A DNA stretch of 64,000 nt from the human T2T-CHM13v2.0 reference genome, Homo sapiens. Shown in pieces: positions 1 to 17,400 of the stretch. The notes under the pieces are model-generated. The model had not been told where the DNA came from. It did not search any database and worked only from the letters and a program-made list of their open reading frames with translations. Position 1 is the stretch's first letter; every line of letters begins with the position of its first letter. Location: the NCBI RefSeq assembly GCF_009914755.1, contig NC_060941.1; one strand, given 5' to 3'. The position numbers and the translations under genes are program-made.

Positions 1-604
1 TCACAAATAACATATATCCGCACGCTTCCTCTTTCCTTGCCCCAAATATTTGGGTAACCCAGTTCTCCATGTCTGACTGTAAATGGCCTGAGGACAATCC
101 TTTGTAACCACCTAAGAGTTTAAAACACAACGAGGAAGGAGATACTAGGATGAGATTGTTGGCACTACTGGGCTATATTCAAGAACTGAGAGCTTTTCGC
201 TCCATCTTCTACTCTGTGAAGAAGCCTCAAGATAGCATGCCCGGCTATCTAGACAGCAGGTGTCCCAGGCTTGCTGCCTAGATCTGAAGCTGGCTTGCAA
301 TGGGCAGGGCCCTGGTCTCCTCTCAGGGATTCAGAGGAAGGAGCTGCTTAGCCTGAACCATAACTGCAGCTGCTGACCTCATTGCAAGGCATGCCCTGGG
401 AATGCCAGGGCTGCTGGCTCTTGGTGGAGGGAGGTTAGGCAAGTAGGACAGTAGTAGTGAGTGCCCACCAGTGAGGGAGGATGAAGCAGAAAATAACTAC
501 TATATTGGTATGACTAGAAGAGAAAGGGCAAAAGGTAAGGGCAGCGGTAGGAACAGCCCCACCCTCAGCTTAGGGCAATTGGGAAAAGGTTCTGGCATCA
601 GTCT

Positions 605-900
605 TTTTTTTTTTTTTTTTTTTGACACAGAGTCTCGCTCTGTTGCCAGGCTGGAGTGCAGTGGCATGATCTCGGTTTACTGCAACCTCTGCCTCCGGGT
701 TCAAGCGATTCTCCTGTCTCAGTCTCCCGAGTAGCTGGGACTACAGATGTGAGTCACCATGCCCAGCTAATTTTTGTATTTTTAGTAGAGATGGGGTTTC
801 ACCATGTTGGCCAGGATGGTCTCGACCTCCTGACCTTGTGATCTGCCCACCTCGGCCTCCCAAAGTGCTGGGATTACAGGCGTGAGCCACCATGCCTGGC
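605..900 (-). mobile_element. Alu (AluS-type)
   Basis: Poly-T followed by reverse-complement Alu consensus. Confidence 0.95.
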
Positions 901-2706
901 CATATTAGTCCATTTTTAACAGCTTAAAAGCTTTCAAGGACTTTGGTAGATCCTGCCACCCTCCCTTCCCTCTTCCCCTCTCCAGACACCTTCATGTCTT
1001 CCCAGTCAAACCTCTCCTTCCTCTCCAGTCCTTTCTGGGTGATATCCCAGTACTCAATAGGAAAGGAACACCAGTTACTTAGGAATATGTCAGGTGAGCC
1101 TCAGACCTCCACAGTGTAATACCAGTGTTGAAGAGGGTAGCTTGGACCAGGCCCGGGGGCTTAAGCAGGAATTTGAATGGAGCCCAAAACCTAGAAGCAG
1201 CAAATTCCCAGAAGACCAGGAATGAAAGATGGGTAGAGTGCATATTTTGGTTTGGATGCCTAGGTTGATCAGCATTCTCCACCTCCTGACTGCGGCCACA
1301 ATATTGACAGGTTGCTAAGAGTTCCTCGAGGGCTGGAGCCCATCCCAGGGAAAGAGGAAAGCTGCATGGCTTGGCCTTGCCAGACCCACGGAGGCTCATC
1401 GCTGACCTCTGTCTTGCTGTGGCAAGAAGCCCAGACTTGTTATATAAAAGATCTGGCCTACAGCTGGAGCCTGAGCAAAAACACACAGCCTAGGGCCCAT
1501 GCCTCTAAACTCAGCCAGGGAACATCTGAGGCCAACCCTGCCTTCAGTTGACAAAGAGAAAGCTATCTGAGGAGTGGGATGGTGACTTCCTAGAAGGCTG
1601 AAAGCAGGAAATGACAGAGGCAGAAATAGGTGGGCTACACAGAAGCCTGCCATCTGACAAACAGGGATGCAATAATGAGCTTACACACTCAAAGGAATCT
1701 CAAGTCCTGTTCCTCCAGGAAGCCCTCCTTGACTACAAACATATTTGAACTAAGCACTCCTATCAAAAGACAAAGTTATGTGTGCTCCCAGGCCTGTGAG
1801 GAGGAAGCATAATTTATCCTACTTGCCTTTTCCAAAGGATAAAGGGAATGGCAGTGCCCAGGGCTCCCAGGAAGGAAGCCTACTCTCTCTCCTTCCTGGA
1901 GGGTATTCTCCTTTCACAGTCTATTTGTAGATCCAAAGAGGGCCATGATTTTAACTGCAGCAAATTCTTGTTGATTCAAGGTGGGGTATTCCCATGAGAA
2001 TTCCCCTTCTTTAAACTTTGCCAGATATTTGGCTCCATCTCATCCCTTGGCTGTCTGTTTACTGGCCCTCATAGAACTGGAATCCAGACTCATGGAGGCC
2101 AAATCTTGTCCTCATTTCCTTATTCTTCATTCCAACATGCCAAGAACAGTACTGGGCATTCAAACATTCACTAACAACATTTGAAAATGGATCGCATTAA
2201 CAAAATAAATAAAGGAAAGAAACTGACATGATGTGGTCAGAAGAGGTACCAAGCACTTTCATGTGTCATTTGGCCATCATGCCACCTACACAGAGGCAGA
2301 CCACGCACTCTCCACCCAGTTTGCAAAGGAAGAGCTGACTTGCCCAATGTCCCCCAGGGTGAAGGGCTGACTCGGACCCTCATGTCCTAGCCACCCTGTT
2401 TCTGCCTATCTCGAAATAACTCATTTGCTCTGAAGATGAACAAGAGTGCGTTTAAACTGCATCAAAAGGGAGATTTGACTCTTAACAACTTAGCTGCTAA
2501 GAATGAAGTCCTGAATCAGATTAAGAAATGTCTGTATAATTTCACATATGAGATACGTTCGTGCTAGCTTATCCAAAAATTGGTAAATGAACTGGATGAT
2601 CTGCAGAGATTCTTTCCGAGCTTGGGATTCTTAATGAAAAGACTGTCTTAATGAAAATACTGAAGGAGAGGAAGCTGGCTCCCCAGTCCTTGAATGGGTA
2701 CACTGA

Positions 2707-3184
<478 letters not shown>

Positions 3185-3333
3185 AAATCTCATTTTTTAA
3201 AAAGCTAGAATAAACTCTAAAGTCAGCTGTTGATTACCCCGACACAAATACTCAAAGCTAAACTGAAAAACCCAGATTGACTTCTCTCTTCCACCAGGCA
3301 GGTGGAATGCAAACTCATTTCCATATAAGTTTA

Positions 3334-3516
<183 letters not shown>

Positions 3517-3648
3517 TTACATGGATAATATGTACGACCAAAACCCAAGACAAATCATCGCAATGACTTGAGGAAGACCAAAGGCCTCCTCAGCCAGCTC
3601 TCCCGCCCCATCCTTATCCCTTATCCCATCAGGAGAGAGCTTCATTAC

Positions 3649-3818
3649 CTGGGTGGCCTTGTCATTGGTGCAGCAGGTGAAGGCCCCATCAGCATCTCGT
3701 GGCCACTGGCCCAGAAGGTAGGAGCTGAGGATGGTGTCCAGGGAGAATGTACGCCGGACCTGAAGTGGCTGAGGCCTACACACTGACTTTTCTGGGGCCA
3801 CCGAGCATGGGACGCTGG
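3649..3818 (-). CDS. FAM117A: FAM117A coding exon 2 (170 nt; (A)SVPCSVAPEKSVCRPQPLQVRRTFSLDTILSSYLLGQWPRDADGAFTCCTNDKATQ)
   Basis: Acceptor tgttctcttgcAG (3820-3819), donor CAG|GTAATG (3648-3647); 196+170=366 nt = 122 codons in frame; contains the FAM117/GLCCI1 family block RRTxSLD...YLxGQWPRD...DKATQ. Confidence 0.96.
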
Positions 3819-4492
3819 CTGCAAGAGAACACAGCCCGCACGCCTTGCCATCAGCATGGAGGAAGGAGACGTGGCAATCACCTTCCTCTTCTAAGAGATG
3901 TGGCCTGCCTGCCCCGTCTTCACTCATATCCACCACTGTCCTAAAAGAATTTGAAGCAGCCTGAAACAGCACATATGGTCTGACAAGACCTTTCCTGACC
4001 TACTCAGCCAGCCTTTATCATGGGAAACAATTTATACCATTTTACTTTGGACTTGGATGTTACTTTATAAATGTCCTCTATCCTTTTCCTGCTCCTAATG
4101 GACTATGAACCGTGAACTCCTAGATCTCCACACTGAGTTTCCTGAGAGCAGCACTGTTTCCCATCATTAAAGATAAAACTCTAAGTGGATAAAAAACAAA
4201 TTTTCTTCCATCTTTTATCTCCTGCCCTTCTTCCTCCCTCCAGCACCTTTGCAGGGCTTAGGCACTGCACAAATTCATCCCCTTAACTGAAGACCTCCTC
4301 TTCCTCTTCATACTTCCTTCAGGACTGGTTAGCTCCCCAGGGAACCCCGGTGGCTGACATACTGGAACTACTTTCAATTATCGAGGATTGACGAATCTAG
4401 TTTACGGAAACATCCAAGTTTTTTGGTTCTCTCCTCTGTCTCTGACTTCTGTCTAAATGGGACAAAAATAAAGCAATTATAAATCCATTCAT

Positions 4493-5731
<1,239 letters not shown>

Positions 5732-5734
5732 GAC

Positions 5735-7642
<1,908 letters not shown>

Positions 7643-10600
7643 CAAAGGCCCTCTTTCAAAGACGGAGGTAAAGCCTTCATGTTCTGGTCCCACTTACCTG
7701 TCCTTTATACCTCACTCTTCCTTAAGGTCACTAAATCTCAGACAAACTATACTGCATACCATTTCCCACCCATGTCCCAAGCCTTCCCTCCTCTGAGATT
7801 TTGCATGGGCCCAGGGTTAAAATCTGTTCATCTGTCAGGGCCAGCTTTACTGCCTCCACTCCACCAAGCCTTCTGCATCCACTGGAATCCCCTGGAAGCA
7901 ATGTCTTAGAATTTTCTGTTTCCTCAGTACTTTGTACTCTTCTAGTAATGAGCACCTTCTCTTGAGGAATAGGGTATTTGTAACTCCTAGATAATAAACA
8001 GCCTGAGGCCAAGGGCAGGCTCTGTGTATCCCCCACAATGTCTAAAGCATAGGGCTGGCAATTGGCAGGCATCTAATATTTGAATAAAATTGAAAAACCT
8101 TCACAAGAAGGGTCAACTGGCTCTACTTTTACCAGGGGTTCTGACTTTGCATGTGTGTTCAACACACCCACTTGGAGTAAAGATCCCATAGCTGCTTGTC
8201 TTTTTTTCTCTCTCTGAGGCTCAGGAAGGCCCAACCTCTTTCTTACCCTTCCTGCAACCTTGTTGCCTAGTAAGTTGGTGACAGGCACACTGGGTTCAAG
8301 GCACAACTTTATCTCTACACCAGCATTTCAAAGACTCATTTTCCTAACCTGGGTTTAAAATCAAAAGATAGCAATCCAGATATTTCTGGGAGCTTCTGAC
8401 CCACATCAGCAGCCAGCTCAGGCCAAAATGCTGTCCTACGGGCCTCCAAAACTGTCTATTAGAGTCCAGTGACGAGGCAGGGACTCTGGAAAGTGGATTT
8501 ACAAAATTACATGACAGATAACCAAAGAGGCAGATGGGCCACGGACGAGCAAGTGATTGGCATAAGGGGTAGGATCTCATAATCCTAAAGGCTGCTTCAT
8601 CACTGTTTCGAAGGAAAAGGAGTAGGACTCCAAGGCTGAGGGATAAGTGACAGGAGAAAGGTTTCCTGGAGCTGCTTCTCCCATGCCCTCATCTGAAGTC
8701 CCTGCAAAAATCTCTTTTAGATTCTTTCCTTACTGGGACCCTAAAGCTATCTCGTGTTTACGTTGTGCTTTCAAGTTTTGCCCCATCCCCACAAAGTACT
8801 TTGGTGTGCTGTAATCTTTTACTCTCCTGTCAGCTGTAAAAGGGGATAGGGAAAGACTGTTAAGGAAGACTAAGGCACAAAGAAGCTTAGTCTCTGATTA
8901 GACTCCTTCACTCTGTAAGTCAGCAGCAGTCCCAGATCTAAATCCAAGCCTCCTTCCTCCTAAATCAGTCTTCCAACTACTCACTGAGGCTCACATCCCT
9001 CTTCTATCAGGGACACCCTCTGAGGCTGCTGGGACACCTGCCTAGACACCTGGAGGATGAATTGCTTTTGTATTAATAGCTTCTTTTTAGCACCTAATGG
9101 AGGAGATGGCAGGCCCAATCCTATTGTCTCCAATGACCTATTTTTTGTTTTGCTTTTGTTTGTTTCTTGAGGAAGCCTTTGAAACTTGAAGTAAAGGACT
9201 CTATTATCTCCTAGGGATAACTTTAACCCATTTTATATTGGTTTCCATCACTCTTCATATCCTACCCTATTCAATGAATCCAATCTCTAGGACAATAATC
9301 ATAGGTGGTACTTTGCTCCCAGTACTCACAGGGCTGGGGAGCACCCAAATTCCTGGAATGTGATGTGAGAATCCAACCAACGCATTTTGGTAAACTCTAC
9401 ATTCTTTCCGGCTCCCTCTGACCAGTTATCCATTAAGACTCAGGACTCAGTGGGTCCTGACTTGTTCCTCCATATACAAAAAAATGTCACACAAATAGCA
9501 GAAAAGAAATAAAAAGGGGAAAAAAGGAGGGAGGGGAAAGGATTGAGGAGAAACCAAGGAACCCCCAATCCAGAATCTGCAGCCCCTGACTCCCTCTCCC
9601 CTGGCAGATATGCAAGGATCTTACTACATCTAAATCAAACAGGAGGACTTGCCTCAGTTTCTTTTCCTTAAATGAAGAGACAGCTGGGCCTCAGCCTTAT
9701 TTCCACAGAGGCCACATCCTGGCACAGGGTGCTGGCACAGCGCCTCACTGGCCATGAGATGACAGAATTACCTTCTGTCTCAGAACCCTTAGCAAGGTCC
9801 ACTACCCTCCCAACTCTCCAAATTCTTGGCATGTCCCAGCTCTTTTGAGGAGACGAAAATACCATATTTCCTTTAAGCCTAGGAAATAAGGGAGGGGACT
9901 TTTTTTAAAAATTAGATTTTAATAGTTTAAAAAAAACTACCACTTATTTCACAAACCTCATCGCAAGTGGTTTGGTAAGCACCTGCTTCTTTGGACATCA
10001 AAATTGGTTAAGGGCTAAACCAAGGTGTCAAACTTCCCCCAAATGCAACACAAACCAAAGCCAAAATGAGACAATGACATGTCTCGTGCCACCCTTGAAG
10101 GGGCTGCAGGCTGGTGCAGCATGGCCACCCCAGATATCTAGTAGGAGCTAAGAGGTGGGGAGGGTAGGTCTGACTACAGCCAACGCCACCCAGCCTCACT
10201 GGGCTGGCTCTCCCTCTGGCCTAAGTTACCTCTGAGGGATGTTATGAAGAGATGCAAATACACTTTAAAGCCTTAGTTAGAAAGATTATGTCAAATCAAT
10301 TCATGTCCTTTAGGATTGAAGGTGTAGGTGAAGGAGTCCGGAAAGAGGAGACTACCCAAAGACGTGCAGAGTAAGCCCTAGCCCCTCTATCCGTAGGCCT
10401 ACACTCTCCTGGGCCCCTGGGAAGATGCCCATTTTTAATGTCAAAGCCCTTTCCTTTACTAGTGACAGTCTAACCCAGGAATAAGTGATGCAGGGTAGAA
10501 TACAAAGCTGCTTGCAGACCGGAGCATCAGCAGCTTCAGGTCAACACTTAAGTTCTGCTGCCCAATGAGATTGACCTCAATAGAGAACGTCCCCTAAGAA

Positions 10601-11347
10601 ATCTTCTAGGTGAGCCTAGTTGAGATAGAGGCTCTTGGGTTTATCCTCCATGGGCATACCGGAAAGATCTGGGCATCGGGTTCTGCCCTGCACTTGTGTG
10701 ATTATTGTTAAAGGAGAAGCAGCATTGAGAAGTCACAACGGTTGCTTGTGGTTGGAAGATGAACTGGTTTCATTTCTGGAAAGTACCCCTCTCAGATTTA
10801 GGAAATAGGGGAGGGAAATACGACAATAGGCTTCCCTATCAGAGAAGAGAAGCCCATATCATGACAGGCCATGACAAAGCAGCAGGCTGTTGGGGCACTG
10901 GCTGGGTGGCTGCAGGAGGGTGGAGTGTCCTGTTTACAGCACCGTGGGGTATTATCAGCCCATCACATGCAGCAGCCTCCACAGCCCAACCACCTGGTGA
11001 AGCACCCTGGCACCAGGCCAGGCCATTTCACCATGCAGCTGAGCAGTGGCGGATGCTTTGGTTCTTGAGCAACGGCAAATGGAAAAAACAAAACAAAACA
11101 GCACACACAGGAGATAAGAAGCCTTAGGTGCTATCTTCCAGAGCCACTTGGTCCTGTCTCACAACTGCTACACTAGGATGGCTTTAGAGAGAGGGAGCTA
11201 TGAGTGGAGAGGGCCAGCGGTCAAGTATCTGCCTGTTGGGGGAAAGTCAACATGGCAGAAGGCACACAAACGGCAGATAAGACAATGAACCAAGAGCAAA
11301 AGATGGGCCTGGCACACTGCAGCAGACTGATGCCTTTGGTAAGCAGA

Positions 11348-11646
11348 TTTTTTTTTTTTTTTTGAGAGGGAGTCTCACTCTGTCCCTCAGGCTGGAGTGC
11401 AGTGGCGCGATCTCGGCGCTCATTGCAAGCTCCGCCTCCCGGGTTCACGCCATTCTCCTGCCTCAGCCTCCCGAGTAGCTGGGACTACAGGCGCCCACCA
11501 CCGCGCCCGGCTAATTTTTTGTATTTTTAGTAGAGACGGGGTTTCACCGTGTTAGCCAGGATGGTCTTGATCTTCTGACCTTGTGATCCGCCCACCTTGT
11601 CCTCCCAAAGTGCTGGGATTACAGGCGTGAGCCACTGCACCCAGCC
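11348..11646 (-). mobile_element. AluY with clean TSD
   Basis: CpG-rich reverse Alu (gcaagctccgcctcccgggttcacgccattc, caccgtgttagccagg); TGGTAAGCAGATTTT at 11337 and 11647. Confidence 0.93.
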
Positions 11647-14411
11647 TGGTAAGCAGATTTTGAGCACTCACTACGAGCCATCTGTCTGTGATAAACACTG
11701 GAGGAGTAAGACAAGAACCTGCTGATGAGATTGAAGTGAGCAAGGCTGATGCAAATTCTCTCTAAGTGCCAGGCTACCAGGCAAGACCCCCAGGGGATAC
11801 TCCCCCAGGAAATGCTTTTTCAGAAGGACCACCAATTTGTCTCTGCTATTCCCAATATCCCTTGCTGAAAATCAGCTCAGGCCTGGCCACACCAGCATAT
11901 CTCCCCAACAGGTACCTAAAGGAGAAGGGTGACAGCTCTTAGAAGAAGGGCAGGAATGGCATTAGAGGAAAGACAGTAGATAATGCAGGAACTGAGGCAT
12001 TGTGGCTGCTCTTCTCAGCGTGACCAGAGATAGACTGTGGGGTAGAGGCTTAGCACTTTACAAGGGGAAACAAGCCCCTGACCAGTGGGTTCTGGGCATC
12101 TAGGGGACGTGCTCCACTTATTTCACTATCTTTGGGGTGATATAGGAGAGAAAAGCCTGTGAAATAAAGACAGGGCTACTCTCCACCCATCGTAGTTATC
12201 CCAAAATACCCAAGAAGGACTACAGAAGGAAAATGAGAGAGGCAGCCAACGAGATCTTACACATGGCAAAAACTCAACAACTAGCTGGTTCAACAAACAA
12301 GTTATGAGTCATTTTCTCATGGCATCAAGACTTGAAGCATTATTAGCACTAGTCTTCTCATTTCCCCTGTTTTTTGTTTTTATTTTTGATTTTTTGATCT
12401 CACCTCTCCCCTTAAAGAGAAAATAACTTATAACAGAAACTATGCACATGTTAGAAGAAGAAAATGCAGATAAACAAAAACTGAAAATGACCAACTATGC
12501 ATGCCCGCACTCAGAGATCACCACTTTGCTCACCAATCCTGATCTCTCTCCATGCACGAGCCTGCATATGTATTTTTAGTAAAATGAGGTCATATTATAC
12601 ATGCTTTTCTACAACCTGTTTTTTTTCAGTCAGTGATCTTCACTTAAGGAGGAGAAGCAGGCAGGGTCAGAGCAGTGTGGTTAGACACAGGAGGAACAGA
12701 TCCTGTCCTGTCCTGTCCTAGTTGTGATACAGCATTTCTGTTAGAGGGAAATGTTAATCTGGAGTTAGAAGAGCAAAGTAAAACAGAAATTCAGAATTTC
12801 TAAACATTTCCCCAATAACAGGTTTGCAGTAAGCACGGGAAGTTCCTCCTAGCAGCCTCACAGGGATTATTTTTCTATTTCAGCACATTTGTTGGGATTA
12901 AACAGGGCAGGCCGTCTTCTGAGCTCCCTGTGGTCCAGTGCTGCTTAACTGCTTAACTAGGGATGGGTGGGTTTTGTGGGGAAGTTGTGGCGAAACTGAA
13001 ATTTCCAATATGACTGTACAAGAGTTAGAAGCCCTCCTTGGAAAGCCCAAGGAGACCCCATCCATCCCAGCTGAAAAAATTAAATCTGGAGCTGCAAACA
13101 CTTCTTTAAACAACACTTCTTTCAATAGCTATCCTTAACAGGTAGAAGAAACTAAAGAAACTACATTAGAAAGAAAGAAGAAAAATGATAATATCCCATG
13201 TTATCCCTACCAATAAGACTACCCCAAATGAAAAAAGGAGCGACGATATTTGTACACACATGAAAAACTTCTCAGCCAGGCTCTCAATTAATTACTGACT
13301 CCATATTTAAGTGTACAGCTTAAGTGAGAGCCACTGAAAGCATTTCTGGCTGTGTGTCCGACTTCCCAAGATGCAGACCATATCTGTAGGCAGCTGGAGA
13401 GACAGGCCAAGAGAAACCCTTCTGGAGATGTCATTGTGGGAAAAAAAATAAGGAATACATTGGCTCTTTGTAACAGTAAGGAGAAAAAGGGTGAACCCAA
13501 AGTCTATGTGTGTATATAAAAAGAGTAGACAGCAGTTACTTAGACATTTGTTCAATTCTTAAGCTGCAGTTAGAAGAAAAGGAAGTGGTGTGAACTTTTC
13601 ACCTTTTATCTGAATTCTCTGAAGAGGAGTTCTGCAGGATTTCAACATCCTTAAAACAAAACACTAGCAGTTACTGATTGGAACATACTTTCCTTTGGGA
13701 TCTACATGGCCTTTGCAAGAATAGCATAAATAGCACATAGCCTAGCCCCTATCTCTAAAAAAAAAAATCCTTACTCCATGGTTATTTGGGAGTGATGGGT
13801 TTCTGGAGGGCTGTTTTAAACTCAAAGGACAGGCATAAACCCTTTGAATCTTCACTTCTCACAGGAATCTGATTTCCATCAAGTAGGAAAGAAATCATGA
13901 AGCCCAGTCAGCTCTTAGGTAGTGTTTTAAGTAAGGTGAAGGAAAAACAAACATTAGGGAAGTTCAAAGACAAAAAATCCTACAAGAGGACAACCATGAT
14001 TGAAACTGTACTCTGATTTCTGTTATGGGTATGTGCACCCCCACAAGCTCATGAATTCTCTTATGGAAGAGAGGGCTGAGCTTCCAAGGTGATGCAGGGC
14101 CTATGACACACCCCCATGTAGACAGGTGAACTGATTTCTCCAAGGTCATAGAAAAAACTGAGACCTTTTATTACCCAAACAGAAGATTTCTGAAAGTACA
14201 TTTCCTACCCTGTGTTTTGTTATCAGACTCAACTATGTCATGACCTCCTGGCACCCTTGGTTCAGGAACTACTCCGTGGGTTGGAAGGGTCTATTCCTTT
14301 CCCTTGCTAGAAACCAGGATGATCACACCTGGGTCTCAGGAACACTAGTATACCCATTGGGCATGTTGGGTGGGCCAAGGTAGGAAGAGAACAATTTAAA
14401 AATCAGGGATT

Positions 14412-15038
<627 letters not shown>

Positions 15039-15234
15039 GTTGGGGGGGGCGTCCCTTTTCCAGTGAGGAAGGTAGAAAGCAAGTGAAAGAAGGAAAAGGA
15101 AATCAGAACAGGATTAGAGATAACTTTCGGATAATCAAAATAATTTCTGCTTTATGAACAAACCATGACTTATTTTTGGCTCCATTCAGCTTGCCTTCTC
15201 CCTAACTTAAAACAAACTGCCAGACAGCAGCATA

Positions 15235-16240
<1,006 letters not shown>

Positions 16241-16479
16241 TATATGTTTTAGCAACTGATACTCAAGTTAAAAACCTACAAACGTTGACAGAATTTGATG
16301 GCCCCATTTTGTTGCCTTCCCTCCAGTGATTTCAAAGGCCAAAAGACAATTTTTTGGTTATTCTTCTTTTGAACTGCTCATGTCAACACTCACATCTATT
16401 AGTGTTAATTCAGAACTGGCTTTATGCAACTCCCAGAGTAATATCTCTATCAGGAAGAGTTGTCAACAGATGCCAACAC

Positions 16480-17400
16480 CACTGGGCCAAAGGTCATAGG
16501 GAACAGAAGATTTATATAATCCCAAAGTATTATCCAGAAACCACTTACAAAGAGAATAATGTACTTTTATAGCCTGGGGGCTACCATACCACCTCAAGTG
16601 ATCCAACTGAGCCTGACTAGCAGTGGACATTCTGGCATTATGTATCTCCTAAAGTGACATTTTATGAAGTACATAGCTTTATCCATGAGATGTTCTTGTC
16701 AGAAATGTTTAACCTGAATCTAATCAGGCCCCAGATCTAACTTCCCATTTACAGGAAATACAGGGGATAGAGGAGCAAGTTAGATACCACCATGAGGAAA
16801 CAGAAAAATCCAGTGTGGGACAACCAGAGACAATTGACATGTTTTCAAAATGTTAGTCTCAAAAAACAAATACAGCAAAACAAAGAAACAGGAATGGGAA
16901 GTAGTTCCAGATTGAGAGACTTTTAAAACAGACATAACCAAAAGGGGACTTTGGCTGGGTTCTGATCAAAAACAAAAGAGCCATCAAAGGGGAAATTTGA
17001 AAATGGACTAAATGACATCTCTAGTCCATTTTTGCCTTTGGCAAAGCCACAATTACTTTTGTACCAACCTCATAGATGATGTCATTTCATTAGGTATAAT
17101 GATGGTATTATGATTATGGAGAAGGATGTTTTTATTCTCAGGAGATGCCACTGTTATGAAGTGACAAATGTCATGATATTTGCAACTTACTGTCAAATTG
17201 TGCACCCAAAAAAGTGCATATGGATGTATATATGTGCATATGTGGGTATGTCTAGACACACATATACATAAACAGAAGGAGAAAAGAGAGATAAGACCAT
17301 TGTGGCAAAAGTTATCAATGAGTCTAGGTGAAAGATAAATAGGTAGACATTGTGCTTCTAACTTTTCTGTAGGTTTGAAATTTTCCAAAATAAAGTTGTA
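16480..17400 (+). mobile_element. Old L1 (L1MC/L1ME-like) 3' fragments
   Basis: aaatgtttaacctgaatctaatc...aggaaatacagggg, atgatatttgcaacttact, acttttctgtaggtttgaaattttccaaaataaa. Confidence 0.65.
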
